IMG/VR virus record: IMGVR_UViG_3300034198_015569
Span: 1 to 64,000 of that record
DNA length: 64,000 bases
Direction: 5' to 3' (one strand)
Origin: a virus
The notes under the pieces are model-generated. The model did not search any database, had not been told where the DNA came from, and saw nothing but the letters and a program-made list of their open reading frames with translations. The translations under genes were made by a program, and so were the position numbers. Position 1 is the stretch's first letter; each line of letters starts with the position of its first letter. Below are positions 1 through 12,000 of the stretch, piece by piece.

Positions 1-16
1 GCTCCTGACCAATCAA

Positions 17-48
17 GCACCAGAGGCGGAAATCTCTGGTGCTTTTTT
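17..48 (+). terminator. Rho-independent terminator
   Basis: AGCACCAGAG/CTCTGGTGCT stem followed by a T-tract. Confidence 0.75.
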
Positions 49-63
49 ATTATGAGGTGTTGA

Positions 64-840
64 ATGCATTGGGTTCTTCAAAATAATTTATACAATGAAG
101 CCAGTTACGTTTCTCTAATTGAAACATTAGATCGAGCCGAGCTTCCATATTCAATTCATAAAATCATTCCCTTTATTGGGGAAATTGAACCGGATATTGA
201 TATTAATAATGTTCCTGTGATTTGCATGGGCGCTTACTCAATGCGTCATGTAGCCAAAAGAAAAGGCTGGTATCCTGGCGTTTTCGATTTAGAACCTTTC
301 TCTTTTGATATTCAGCTTGCCCATTGGGAAGATAATATGCTGAACGCTGATTCCAAAGTAACAAAATTCAAAGACGTTGATTTCTATGCCGATGAAATGT
401 TTATGCGACCAATTCACGATTCTAAAGTCTTTGCTGGTAAGGTCTTTACCCAAGATGAATTTGACTTGTGGCGAAGAAATGTTGTTGTACTTGGCGACGA
501 TTATGGAGATAGTTTGAATGCTGATACTCTTGTTCAAACATGCTCTATTAAAGAGATTTATAAGGAATTCCGTTGTTTTGTAGTGAAAGGTAAGATTGTT
601 ACTGCCTCTCTATATAAAGAAGGGGATCGAGTTAGATATAGTTCTGTGGTTGACGAAGCTGCACTTTCTTATGCTCAAGAAATGGTTGATATGTGGCAAC
701 CTCATGAGGCTTTCGTAATTGATGTATGTGCTACATCAGATGGCTATAAAATTGTTGAAATTAATACTTTAAATTCATCTGGCATGTATGCCATTGATGT
801 TCCCAAGCTTGTCTTTGCATTGGAAGATGCATTTAATTGA
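64..840 (+). CDS. ATP-grasp domain protein (R2K/DUF4343-like)
   Basis: FMRP..DSKVFAGKV, EFRCFVVKGKIVTASLY and FVIDV...YKIVEINTLNSSGMY motifs are typical of phage ATP-grasp ligase-like proteins. Confidence 0.75.
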   Translation: MHWVLQNNLYNEASYVSLIETLDRAELPYSIHKIIPFIGEIEPDIDINNVPVICMGAYSMRHVAKRKGWYPGVFDLEPFSFDIQLAHWEDNMLNADSKVTKFKDVDFYADEMFMRPIHDSKVFAGKVFTQDEFDLWRRNVVVLGDDYGDSLNADTLVQTCSIKEIYKEFRCFVVKGKIVTASLYKEGDRVRYSSVVDEAALSYAQEMVDMWQPHEAFVIDVCATSDGYKIVEINTLNSSGMYAIDVPKLVFALEDAFN

Positions 841-1088
841 AAGAAAAAATTATGAATAAAGTGAAGACAGTTTCAGTTTATATGAAGCATAATGATATGA
901 CCGGAATGCAGCTTTATGATGCAGATGGAAATACTATTGAAGAAATGGATTCTGATTATTTCCCGCATGTCGGTGTGTTTGGTGGAGATGATACGGAACT
1001 AACTATCGATAATGAAACAGGAAAAATTATTGGTTGGGTTCCTATCACCACGTTGTCAAAAGATGATTAAAATAAATTAAAATAAGTG

Positions 1089-1117
1089 TTGACTCCTCTT
1101 TGAAATGGTTTATATTA
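1089..1117 (+). promoter_or_regulatory. sigma70-like early promoter
   Basis: TTGACT...TATATT with an AT-rich UP element upstream of ORF 1131. Confidence 0.6.
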
Positions 1118-1130
1118 AAACCATCAACTG

Positions 1131-1565
1131 ATGGAGAACACACCAATGGCTTACATGTCTCAGGAAAAGAAGAAGTCCCTTGAACCCGCCATCAAGGCCA
1201 TTCTGAAGAAGTATGGCATCAAGGGTCGTGTGGGTGTGAAGCATCATTCCACGCTCGTTCTGAACATCACTGAAGGTGGCATCAATTTCATTGAAAACAC
1301 CAATCGTGTTAATAAGAAGCGCTGCGAATGGAATGGTGAACACTTCATCGAAGAGAAGAACTACATTCAGGTTAATCACTTCTACGTCGATAAGTTCTTC
1401 GACGGTAAGGCCGCTGATTTCCTGAATGAAATCGTGAAGGCCATGAATGTGGGTAATTACGACAATTCCGACATTCAAACCGATTATTTCGATGTCGGCT
1501 TCCATATTGATATCAACATTGGTACTTGGAATAAGCCTTATGTTCTCGTGAAGAAGGAGGGGTGA
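1131..1565 (+). CDS. conserved phage hypothetical protein
   Basis: MAYMSQEKKK...DNSDIQTDYFDVGFHIDINIGTWNKPY pattern is common in large phages; GGAGA SD. Confidence 0.7.
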   Translation: MENTPMAYMSQEKKKSLEPAIKAILKKYGIKGRVGVKHHSTLVLNITEGGINFIENTNRVNKKRCEWNGEHFIEEKNYIQVNHFYVDKFFDGKAADFLNEIVKAMNVGNYDNSDIQTDYFDVGFHIDINIGTWNKPYVLVKKEG

Positions 1566-2699
1566 TAATGACTACCTTTACTTTGAAAGTAAAATCTTTT
1601 CTTAAATGGCACGTTATTCTCAATTCGTGTGATGTGTTAGAGGCCGAAACTCCTTTTGGTTGTTATTATATCCTAGCACACAATAACCAGTATTTCTGGA
1701 AGTTCGGAGGTACGCCAACGGCGCCAGTGTACACAACGAAGGGAAATGATTCGCTTAATGAAGTTTATCGGGAGACACAAGAAGATTACCAAAAGCGTGT
1801 GGATGCGTTGATTTCACAAAGCGAAAGCATCTTTCTTAAGAAGGAAAATTAATATGTCAAACGATTATCAGTTGCCCGAAAATACTGAAACGACTCTCTA
1901 CGTATTGATGAATTATTTTCATTCATACACTATGAATGAACTTTTGATCATTGCCCAAAATAAATGGGGCGAAGATATTGACTTTGATAAGCTCAAGATC
2001 GGTTCTGAATATAAACAAATTGCAAACTTCGGTTATCGCGGATATGATCCTATGGACTACACAACTTTTATTACTTTGGAGTATGAAGGATGAATGAAAC
2101 TCGTTTGAAGCTTGAAGGTTTGGTCGCGATCTTTAATAAGGTTCGCGATGAACGTTTCACTCGTCCTGCGGCTGTTGTGCTTGGTCCAAAGGGATGGCAT
2201 ATCGAGTTTATTGCGGAACGTTCCTGCGATACGCGAAAACATGAATCCAATATCTATCCAAACAATGAACTTGCCATACTTAATTTTGTTGAAAGAATTG
2301 AAAAGCTGGAAAAGCTTCGTGATGAACAGAAGCGCATGGAAGTGTTTCGTGATTGGTGTACCAAGAATTTGTCTAGTAATGAATTGATTATTCTTGGTTT
2401 GAAGGATCGTGATGAACATCTTCCGACCTTCGCGGATACCATCAAAAAGATTCCAAAGGATATTTTACCAAAAGGTTTGGGAGGTATGGGATATGATTAA
2501 GTTCTATGCAGATGATTCAAATTTTGATATGATGCTTGGTCAGTTCTTGTTCTTTAAGGGAATGAAAAAAGTGGCTGACTTTCGGAGGCCGAAGCGATAT
2601 TGCTCCAAGAGTAAATATCAGCCTCATCAGAATCGAAAAGAAAAATATAGACGCCGGAAGCAATTCTATAAAAACAATGAACGACTTTTAAATTCATAA
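1562..2699 (+). other. run of short hypothetical phage genes (1562-1852, 1854-2093, 2090-2500, ~2493-2699)
   Basis: Co-oriented, abutting or overlapping start/stop codons, SD-like motifs. Confidence 0.6.
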
Positions 2700-2801
2700 A
2701 AATAAATTATGAGGTAAAAATGCAAGCAGCTATTTTACATCAAGATGATTGACTTTTGCCTCATATGTTATATTATTAAGTAAATATGAAGGAGAAACCT
2801 T

Positions 2802-3899
2802 ATGATCATCAATAATCACGCACAGCATATTATGAAAGTTATTGAAGACGCTGGCTATCAGGCTCGTGTCTGCGGTGGCGCTGTGCGTGATTATGTCATG
2901 GGAAATGAGCCTAAAGATTGGGACATTGCAACTACCGCTCTCCCTGAAAAGGTGATGAAGCTTTTTCCGCATACAATTCCAACTGGCCTTCAGCACGGTA
3001 CGGTTTCCGTGGTCATTGAAAATGAAGTATTTGAAGTGACCACGCTTCGAAAGGACGTGGAAACGGACGGGCGCCATGCTGTTGTGGAATTCACGGACAA
3101 TTGGAGGACCGATGCCCTTCGCCGGGATTTTACCATGAATGCCATGTACATGGATATTAATCGTAATCTTTATGATTACTTCGGCGGCGTGAATGACATT
3201 ACCAATGGAGTTATTCGCTTCGTTGGAAACGCTGCTGATCGAATCAAGGAAGACTATTTGCGCATCCTGCGGTACTTCCGTTTTATGTCTCGATATGACA
3301 TGGATAATGCAGATATCGAAACCCTAGTTGCCATCAGAGAAAATGTGATGGGATTGGAAAAGATTTCTGTTGAACGTATTTGGAGTGAGATTAAGAAGAT
3401 TTATTCTTATCATCAAAATATCCATAATATTACTCAACTAATGAACATGTGTGAAGTGTGGAAGGGTGTGGGTATGAAAAACCGCATGTTTTCTGCCGCA
3501 TCTTCTTCAAATGATTACAAGTATAATAGTCCTCTAATGAATGCCTTTTTGCCGATTATTTTTGAGCTTGATACGCTCAAGGAACAGTGGAAGCTTTCAA
3601 TTGATGAAAAGAATAAATATGAAATCATCATAGAGATTGCCAAGCAAAAGAGTGTTGAAGATATTATCTATCTTGCCTATCAGAAGGAAGAAAACGTCCG
3701 CTGGTATCTTGGGCATGATTCTGTCTTTGATCCTGGCAAGGTTGGTGAGGCTGCTAGGTGGCTTCGCAATAATCCTGTGCTGCCGTCTTTCCCCTTCAAT
3801 GGTGATACACTGAAGACCGAAGGATTTGCCGGGAAGAAGCTGGGCGATGAACTGAAGCGCCGCAAGCTGGAATATATAAAGACGATGGTTAATGGGTAA
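2802..3899 (+). CDS. cca: CCA tRNA nucleotidyltransferase (class II)
   Basis: GGAVRD, DWDIAT, EVTTLRKD..TDGRHA, DALRRDFTMNA, RIKEDYLRILRYFRF and ERIWSE motifs. Confidence 0.93.
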   Translation: MIINNHAQHIMKVIEDAGYQARVCGGAVRDYVMGNEPKDWDIATTALPEKVMKLFPHTIPTGLQHGTVSVVIENEVFEVTTLRKDVETDGRHAVVEFTDNWRTDALRRDFTMNAMYMDINRNLYDYFGGVNDITNGVIRFVGNAADRIKEDYLRILRYFRFMSRYDMDNADIETLVAIRENVMGLEKISVERIWSEIKKIYSYHQNIHNITQLMNMCEVWKGVGMKNRMFSAASSSNDYKYNSPLMNAFLPIIFELDTLKEQWKLSIDEKNKYEIIIEIAKQKSVEDIIYLAYQKEENVRWYLGHDSVFDPGKVGEAARWLRNNPVLPSFPFNGDTLKTEGFAGKKLGDELKRRKLEYIKTMVNG

Positions 3900-4239
3900 G
3901 TTATTCTATATAAGTATCGTCTTTATTGCTCTTATTTTAACGATTTGTTTAATTAAACCATTAATCTATCTTACGTTTTTACCTCTATTCATTATACTTT
4001 GGGTATTGACAGGACAAATACATATTTTATGAAAATAATACACATTAACCGTAATATAATACAAAGAAATGCAAAGAACGGGACTCGCCTTCCTGTGTGT
4101 CGAGTGCAGGAAGGTAATTCCGTTCGTTATGCGATGGAAGTAGAAATCAAAGGGCCATCACGTATGGTATATAGTCCTGATAAACCGTTAAAGTGCGGCG
4201 CCAAGCTCTGGATTGAGACTGAAGCCGAAATTGAATTGA

Positions 4240-5010
4240 TTGGAGAAACGAGTGAGTAGCGATAAAACAAGCCTTGGTGATTATTGCAAATCTATTGAAG
4301 CCGAACAGTTAGACAAGCTTTATGGTGATGAAAAGTGGATTTATGCTCGCATTGATGGTAGACATTTTCATACTCTCACCAAAGGTATGCCACGTCCTTT
4401 CTGCGAATTATTTACTGAATGCATGAACCTTTTGGCATCTAATTTGATGAAAGAATTTGGTGCATCTTTTGGTTATGTGCAGTCAGATGAAATTTCCCTT
4501 GCTTGGAAGCCTGTAGCTCCTCCTACTGAACGTATGTTTAATGGAAAGGCTTATAAGTGGAATTCTGTTATTCCTGCACATGCTTCCTCATTCTTTTCTG
4601 AATTTGGTTATAAGGGTGCGCATTTTGACGCACGAATTCTTGAACTAAATGAAATTCAGACTATGAAAATGTTCTATTGGCGTCATATGGATGCTCGCAA
4701 AAATGCAGTTGCAATGATTGCGCAGAAGTTCTTTTCGACCAAGGAACTTTTGAAGAAGCATACTGATCAACAGATTGAAATGCTTAGAGAATTCAAGTCT
4801 GTTGAGATTACGGAGTATCCTGAAAGAAATCTATATGGAACGTTCATGCACTTTCATAGTGTGACACGTCCCATGACAGAAGAAGAGAAAATTCGTATTC
4901 CAGCACAGTATCATTTTGATTTAGTAACAAGAAATGATTTGAAAAAGTTCTCTAAGGAATATAATTCCCTTGATTCTTTCGCTGATAAATGGGAAGATAT
5001 TTTTCCATAA
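4240..5010 (+). CDS. thg1: tRNA(His) guanylyltransferase Thg1-like protein
   Basis: ARIDGRHFH, YVQSDEISL, FDAR and WRHMDARKN motifs. Confidence 0.9.
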   Translation: MEKRVSSDKTSLGDYCKSIEAEQLDKLYGDEKWIYARIDGRHFHTLTKGMPRPFCELFTECMNLLASNLMKEFGASFGYVQSDEISLAWKPVAPPTERMFNGKAYKWNSVIPAHASSFFSEFGYKGAHFDARILELNEIQTMKMFYWRHMDARKNAVAMIAQKFFSTKELLKKHTDQQIEMLREFKSVEITEYPERNLYGTFMHFHSVTRPMTEEEKIRIPAQYHFDLVTRNDLKKFSKEYNSLDSFADKWEDIFP

Positions 5011-5015
5011 ACTGC

Positions 5016-5046
5016 TTGACAAAAAGTTCAAGTTGAATTATAAATA
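5016..5046 (+). promoter_or_regulatory. composite sigma70 / T4-type late promoter for tRNA cluster
   Basis: TTGACA-17bp-TATAAATA; same architecture at 36923-36953, 46422-46452 and 63387-63416. Confidence 0.75.
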
Positions 5047-5058
5047 GTAGTTCAATTC

Positions 5059-5133
5059 GCTCTTGAAGCATTAGTGGTGATGCACTATATTGGTAATGTA
5101 GTGAAGAAAGTTCAACTCTTTCCTAGAGCACCA
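5059..5133 (+). tRNA. tRNA-Thr(GGT)
   Basis: Cloverleaf; anticodon arm CTATA-TTGGTAA-TGTAG; encoded CCA. Confidence 0.88.
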
Positions 5134-5429
5134 AAATAAATGAAAGAAAATGCCATTTTTACATAAATTATCATCTCCGGGATGGTCGAAAGAATTCAAT
5201 ACTGAATATGAAGCTGTTCTTGAATTAAGAAAATATATTTGTGAAACTTGTTTGCTTCACAATCCTTTAATTGTAAATGAAAACGGCGAATTAGAGGAAT
5301 TCGAATTAGATGATCCTATAGTAGATGTTATCTATGAAGGAAAACGATTTGAATGTCTTGACAAGAACACCTTATTAAGTACATCATGTGGATGCGAATT
5401 TATGATTGATGATGAAAAAATTTAAATAA

Positions 5430-5512
5430 GCTAGGGTGGCTCAGTGGCGACAGCACTGCCTTTGTAACGCAGTATTCAAACATCGGGGGTTCGAGTCCCC
5501 CTCCTAGCACCA
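5430..5512 (+). tRNA. tRNA-Thr(TGT), extended variable region
   Basis: GCTAGGG/TCCTAGC acceptor, loop TTTGTAA, GGGGG-TTCGAGT-CCCCC T-arm, CCA; C31-C39 mismatch. Confidence 0.78.
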
Positions 5513-5515
5513 ATT

Positions 5516-5590
5516 GCCGCAATAGCCGAGTGGTAAGGCGCCTCTTTCGTAAAGAGTAGATCGGGGGTTCAATTCCCTCTTGCGGCTCCA
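5516..5590 (+). tRNA. tRNA-Thr(CGT)
   Basis: Anticodon arm CTCT-TTCGTAA-AGAG; canonical D and T arms; CCA. Confidence 0.88.
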
Positions 5591-6293
5591 TTACAAGGAC
5601 ATACGATGAATATCGATAATTTTTCATTAAAAGAATTAAATGATATTGTAACTGCTTCTTGGTGTATTAAATCGTTTAAAAAACTAAAACGAACAAAACC
5701 GCATCTTTGTAAATACACAATAGATCAAGAGTTTATTCGTTTAGCTATTGAAAAACTTGATAACAATAGTTGACTTTATCCTGAAATATAGTAGAATTAA
5801 TAACTAAATTCAGGAGATTTGAAATGATAAAGATTTTAAAGTTTGTGTTTGGAACGGCTGTAGCTGTAATCGTGGCGTTCATTTCATCTTTGGCAATTAT
5901 TTATTATGGATTTCCCGGCCCATCTTATCAATTGCAAGTTGCCGGGCTATGGATCGTGCTTATTACATTTTTTGTAATTGGCGAAATTTTAACTTTTATT
6001 TGGATTTTTAGGAAGAAATAAAAAGTATGAAAACAAAAGAGTTTACTGTTCTATGTGAAGCTACTGATTTTTTTGAAAAGGCATCTGCACAAGGCATGCG
6101 TCCTGTTCTTAAAATTAATGGAAATAAATATATTGTTGAATATACAGAGCCTATGAATCCAATTCTATTGGAAGGCTGATGAATTCCCATACGGGAATAT
6201 TTTATATTATGTATTGAAGTGATGTTTTAACGAGGCAGTTAGGAACACGTAGGTTCCACTTAGATAAGTCCTCAAAGTTTAGGAAAAATTAAT

Positions 6294-6989
6294 ATGACTT
6301 TACCAAACCCCTTTCCAGGGAAAGTAAACCCGCATGCATCCGCAAGAGCGGGAAGTAATGGCACCCTTATTGTTATGCTATTGGATAATTCCGGCTCAAT
6401 GAGAAGTGTGCTTTCTGATACAATTGGAGGGTTCAACTCATACGTTGCAACTACCAAAGACGAAACAACAAACATGTCTCTATATACTTTCTGTAGCCAG
6501 AGACAAACTAAGTTTACTAACCGTCCATCCAAGCTTGTATATGATCTAAAAGATTATGGATACAAGGCAGACGGTCCATCAACTGCCCTAGTTGATGCGT
6601 TTGTTGAAACAATTAAAGATACCGATACATATTTAAATTCAATTAATCCAGACGAAAGACCAACCGTTATTTTTGTTGTCTTTACTGATGGACAAGAGAA
6701 TTCTTCATACAAATATACCAAAGAAACCCTTCAAGCAATGGTGCAAGAACGCACTGAACTAGGATGGGATTTCACGTACCTTGGCGCAAATGTGGATGCA
6801 TTTGACGAAGCACGAAAGCTGGGCATCTCTGTCACAAAGGCTGCTGCTTACAACCAAGCACAGAATATGTGTGATGCGTTCGTGGCTGCTGCTAATTATA
6901 CTTCTCGTGTTCGTTCCGCTCGTGATGCTGGACTTGATTCAACTCAAGTAGCATACACCACCGAAGAACGTACTAAAATGGGAGGATGA
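6294..6989 (+). CDS. von Willebrand factor A (vWA) domain protein
   Basis: MIDAS DNSGSM, TALVDA, FTDGQENSS, WDFTYLGAN. Confidence 0.85.
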   Translation: MTLPNPFPGKVNPHASARAGSNGTLIVMLLDNSGSMRSVLSDTIGGFNSYVATTKDETTNMSLYTFCSQRQTKFTNRPSKLVYDLKDYGYKADGPSTALVDAFVETIKDTDTYLNSINPDERPTVIFVVFTDGQENSSYKYTKETLQAMVQERTELGWDFTYLGANVDAFDEARKLGISVTKAAAYNQAQNMCDAFVAAANYTSRVRSARDAGLDSTQVAYTTEERTKMGG

Positions 6990-6992
6990 TTT

Positions 6993-7709
6993 ATGTCAAT
7001 TGCATTAGACATTATTGTAAATGGTCGTCCTATCGATAAATATTATGATAAGTTACAGAACATCTTTGTTGAAGGCCGTAAAGGTACAGAGTATAGTATT
7101 CGCCTAAGTAACCGTTCATATTACTCATATAAAACAGTCGTTTCAGTAGATGGGAAAAACATTCTTACTGGCGATGATGTATGGGAAAAAGGATATGTTG
7201 TTAAAGGAAATTCTTCTATAGATATTCCCGGTTGGAGAATTAATAAAGATAAGGTTGCTAAGTTTATCTTTGCTGATTTGAAGGATGGTTATGGGACCGG
7301 CGATAGTAATAGTGGTGTAATTGGACTTATGTCCTTTAAAGAAATCATAGAACCAAAATATTCTATTTCTAGAAGAATTAATTATGACCATTATATATCT
7401 AAAGGTATTATGCCATCATCTGGCGGGTGGGTAGGTACAACACCCACTCATTGGGATAAGATGGACATGGCAGAAACATTATGTTCAGTCCAAAATGAAC
7501 TATCTACCGGATGGGGTGAAGAAAAGACTTTTAAGACTTCTGAAGTCAACATGAAGTTTGAAACTGAACCAGAATTGTTTCAGGCAATCTATTATGATTC
7601 GACTAAGGGATTGGAAGCAAGAGGAATTATTGTAAAATATAAGACTCCCACACCAAATCCTTTTCCTACTTATAAAAGAGATTTTGGTTGCAGACCACCT
7701 AGAAAATGA
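6993..7709 (+). CDS. hypothetical protein (vWA-neighbouring, beta-sandwich-like)
   Basis: FVEGRKGTEYSIRL...VVSVDGKN...GYVV...IPGWR...GVIG pattern; coupled to the vWA gene. Confidence 0.65.
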   Translation: MSIALDIIVNGRPIDKYYDKLQNIFVEGRKGTEYSIRLSNRSYYSYKTVVSVDGKNILTGDDVWEKGYVVKGNSSIDIPGWRINKDKVAKFIFADLKDGYGTGDSNSGVIGLMSFKEIIEPKYSISRRINYDHYISKGIMPSSGGWVGTTPTHWDKMDMAETLCSVQNELSTGWGEEKTFKTSEVNMKFETEPELFQAIYYDSTKGLEARGIIVKYKTPTPNPFPTYKRDFGCRPPRK

Positions 7710-8464
7710 TAGAATGGTGGGAGTTAAAATGACTCCCGCCATTTTTATTTGGAGAAATGTAATGACGTTTTCAACACAAGATATTGTTAATCATGCCGTT
7801 TCTATCATCACTGAATATTGTGATGAGGGGGAATGGAATAGTTATGTTATGAATTTCTATAATGTAACCTATCGCTGGAAACAGCTAAACAATCCCGAAT
7901 TTTTTCTTCTTCAGCCTTACTTTGTTGTCCCTTCTGTGGATGATTTTGTTACACAAGTTAGTAATGCGGTGTGGCTTTCGGTGTTTTATGAAGGCCAGAA
8001 GCGGTATAACGAATTTCAGAAGCCATTTGGCGGTAAGCGTGATAATAAAGCTTCGAATGATGCTGATAAAGCAGCAAAGGAGTTTCTTACCAAGTGGATG
8101 CCGCTAGTTAATGAATGGCGAGAAAAAGAACATAAATATAATGAACAAATGGGCCTCGCTCCCAAAAAGGGAAGTAAAAATAAATGAATGAAACAAAACT
8201 TGAACCAATTGATGATGAATTGGTTCAAACATACAAAAAAGCATGTGCAATATTCAAAAATGACATGCGAAAAACTTTTCTAGGTTTTAAATGGAAATAT
8301 TACAAGAAAACCTTTACCGCAGAAGATATTACCATTGAAGAAGTTGCTAGGGTAATGAGCGCTCTGAATGGTTATGAATTTGTGGTAAAGGATGGTAAGA
8401 TTTTGGGAGAACCTTTTGTTATGGAAGAAGAATTTGATTTGGATCACGAAATAAGTTTAATAAA

Positions 8465-9007
8465 ATGATATTCTATGCTGGAATCGGCGCAAGAGACACT
8501 CCTCCAGAGATATGTTCCTTTATGCAAAGGATATCCCATACACTTTCTAAAAGAGGCTATATTTTGCGTTCTGGAGGAGCTACAGGGGCCGATACGGCTT
8601 TTGAAGAGGGTGCAAAAAGCGCAAACGGCAGAATGGAAATTTTCCTACCATGGGACGGATTTAATGGTAGGAAAATTGACGATATAGAATATTTTCTTGG
8701 AGATTTTAGTGATATTTCTTTAGAGATCGCTCGAAAATTTCATCCTGCATATCATAAACTCGGATACAAAGGCAGAAAGTTTATGATGCGAAATAATAAT
8801 CAGATGTTTGGAAAGAAAATTGGAAAAAGTCGAATTTCTTCGTTTATTATTTGTTGGACTAAGGATGGAAAAGCATCTGGAGGAACCGGACAAGCTATTC
8901 GTATAGCAGAGTATTCAAAAATCAAAGTCTTCAATTTACAAAGAAAAGAAGACTTTGAGTTTTGGTATAATTTTTGTTGTAGTATTGAGAAAAAAGGGGG
9001 CATTTAG
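8465..9007 (+). CDS. SLOG/DprA-like Rossmann-fold protein
   Basis: YAGIGARDTP, LRSGGATGADTAFE, ICWTKDG..SGGTGQAIRIA. Confidence 0.8.
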   Translation: MIFYAGIGARDTPPEICSFMQRISHTLSKRGYILRSGGATGADTAFEEGAKSANGRMEIFLPWDGFNGRKIDDIEYFLGDFSDISLEIARKFHPAYHKLGYKGRKFMMRNNNQMFGKKIGKSRISSFIICWTKDGKASGGTGQAIRIAEYSKIKVFNLQRKEDFEFWYNFCCSIEKKGGI

Positions 9008-9016
9008 CCCCCTTTC
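8993..9016. terminator. bidirectional terminator between convergent genes
   Basis: AAAGGGGGC-ATTTA-GCCCCCTTT inverted repeat between the stops at 9007(+) and 9017(-). Confidence 0.7.
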
Positions 9017-12000
9017 TTAGCTTATAAGATTTCCTGAAACAACCCAAACAGCATTGTTTCCTGCTGCATTGCTAACAACAAATGCCTCTACGACTGCATC
9101 CGTTCCTGCACTTTTAGTATAGCTATTCAAACTCTTAAGAATTGCCCCGCCAGAAGCCACAAATACAGCAGAACCTGTATTTTGTTGATACAATTTGAAA
9201 CGAGACCCAACTGAACTAGTTCCTGGCAACGTCACATTAGTATTTGCCGCTACATTGAATGGAACAATTCTATCTAAATGCAATCCGCTGCTATATGAAA
9301 ATGTTGCAGTATGAGTATTTGCAATTGTAGCAGATTTTAGAGCATAAACAGCCACACCATTATTATCAGCAATACCTGAATATTGGGCAGTTAATGTTCC
9401 ACCATTTGCAATAAATCTAGAAGGTCCAATATAAGTATCTGTCATGGTATAGCTACTTGCAGTCACACAAACTGTTCTAGTGATATTTGTTCCTGCAACG
9501 TGTAGGTTATTACCAATTATAGAAGATTGTAAAGAGCATGATGCAATAACTATATCAGCATCAACTGTTCCTGCACTTGATGAACTGCTGGTAAATCCAA
9601 ATTGGTTCTTTTCAATTATAGCTTGAATTGTTCTTGAATTTGAGTTTCCGTTTAATTTAATGTTATATGCAACGGACATTCCAGCCACATCACCGAAGAA
9701 ATTGCCAGCAATTTCAATTAACATAGTTGCAGCAGATTGAGTGTTATAAACCTCAATCATTTCATATTTCTTAGTTGTGAAACCGGTATAAGCAGGATAA
9801 AATTCATTGTTTATAATTTTAGTACCGAACGTCTCTTGTAGATACATTCCTTTATGAGTAACATCTGTTACTGCATCTGGTCTTATCCAGTTGCTATCAT
9901 AGACGCTTCCTCTTGAATTAAACGCTCTAATTAACGCACTGCCAGCATAATTTGACTTAATTTTATTATTTCTGAAAATAAAAGAATCATTTCCATAATC
10001 TAATAGAATTGCTGAACCCCAGCTAAATGAGGTTGATGGATATCCTGTATCTGCCGTTCCATCAGCACTATTTACCAAATCACAATTTTCAACAATTAGA
10101 TTTTCGTTATTGTAAGCCACAAGTGCAAACTTGGTTGCTCCAGCAACAGCACAATTGTCTATTCTACAATTTTGTGCTCTTTCCATGTAAAAACCATGAC
10201 CACATTCAGAAATGTAAATATCTCTAAAAACATTCTGAAGAGTATTATAGCATATAATACCAGCAGACATAATAGTGGTAGCTACATCGGTCTGGCGTAT
10301 ATCTTGCCCTTTAAATCCTGTAATACGAAGTCTTTCTATTACAGCCTGTTGGGGCGAAAATGTTCCTCCAGATGATACCGGATCAACAAAGTTAATAGCA
10401 TGTCCATTTCCACTAACTCCTGTTAGTGAATTTCCTAATAAAGTCATATCAGAAATACAAATAAATGTTGTATCAACTTGCGTTTTAAACAAACTGTTTC
10501 CAACAACACCAGACGTAATAAATGTTACGTCTACACCAGAACCTTTAACTTTGGTCTTTGAAGGCAAAGTAATAGAACTGTTAACCAAAAAGTTACCAGC
10601 AGGAATTTTAAATGATTTAAAAAATGTTGCAGCTTGAAATGCGGCCGAACAGTCAGTTGAATTATTTCCAATTGCTCCAAGTTGTGTAACACATGGTTCT
10701 TCAACAAATAATACCCAATATCCGCCATTAGTGCTATCTGTTGAACCGTCTGGCATAAATCTATCGGTTGATCTAAAATATGATAGAGCAGGATATCCGC
10801 CAGAATCTATCACTGATTTAGACATTCGAACATATTTACCTCCACCGACTAAAGTGGTTGCTGTAGTAAATACAGGAGCATAATATTGAGTTTCAATAGT
10901 CTTTACAGTTGCTGCAATCGTTGCAGCCTGTGCTGTTGCTACTGATACATAAGTAGGAATTTTTCCAGAAACAATTTCACTCTGCACAAATGCAGTTGTT
11001 GCTAACTGAGTTGTATTTGTTCCTGTTGTGGCTGTTGGTGCGGTAGGAGTTCCAGTGAATGCCGGATCAACTAGTGGCGCCAATCCTACCCATGAGGTAT
11101 TTGTTAAGCCTATAGACTTATACCATACATTATTAGAAGTGTTTAGACAATATTCTCCAATATAAGCTGGAGTCAATGAGCCAGCAGGACTTCCTGCATT
11201 AGTTCTATATTGATTTCTTCTAATACCATTTTGCTTTCTGACAGCATTTCCAGATATAGTTGCAGTTTGTGCATGAACGGATTGATCGAATATTGTAGTT
11301 CCGCCACCAGCTTCAAAATCCCACCATCCAATGCAACCATCAGTTCCTCCTCCAAAAACAGTTCCCCAATTTTCAGCAATTGATAGTCCTGTTGTTGTTA
11401 GGGCATTTGCAGCACTTTGTGATAGCGCATAGTTAAATAGACCTGCTGCAAAGTAATGTGTTGCTAGAGTGCTAGTTGTCGCAAATCCTTGGAAACCAAT
11501 CATAACAATGTTACCAGCAATTGTATCTGTCCACAATCTTCCGCCAGCCGTAAATGATTGCTCAATCTTAACCTGATAACCATTGATATAAACAATAGGT
11601 GTAGAACCAGTACGAACAATTAATAGCTTAACACGCTTATTTGCAAATTTAGCAACAAATCCACTATCAGAGCATCTAAAGGTATTTTCACCTGCCGAAG
11701 TTGGTCCTAGTGATCTAATATAAAGATTTCCATTAGATACGTAAACAGAGAAAGTATTTGTTCCGCCAAGATTGGTTGTCGCTCCACCTAACCCACAAAC
11801 CATTCTAATATTAGAATCTGTAGTATTTGGGCAAATAAAATCGACATACATGCTGAAATCATTTGTTCCAGGCACGTTTCCTGACAATAGAGTTGCTGTC
11901 ACACCACTATAATTTGAAGTAGTATTTGTTAGAATACCACCTTGATTATATGCAGAAGCCAAAGCCATCTTATCATTTTCAACTAATCTAAATGCATTCA

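Noticed and set aside
5430-5512. tRNA-Tyr(GTA) reading
   Set aside because: The stem register places TGT at 34-36, and G1-C72/C2-G71 plus the flanking Thr tRNAs favour Thr.
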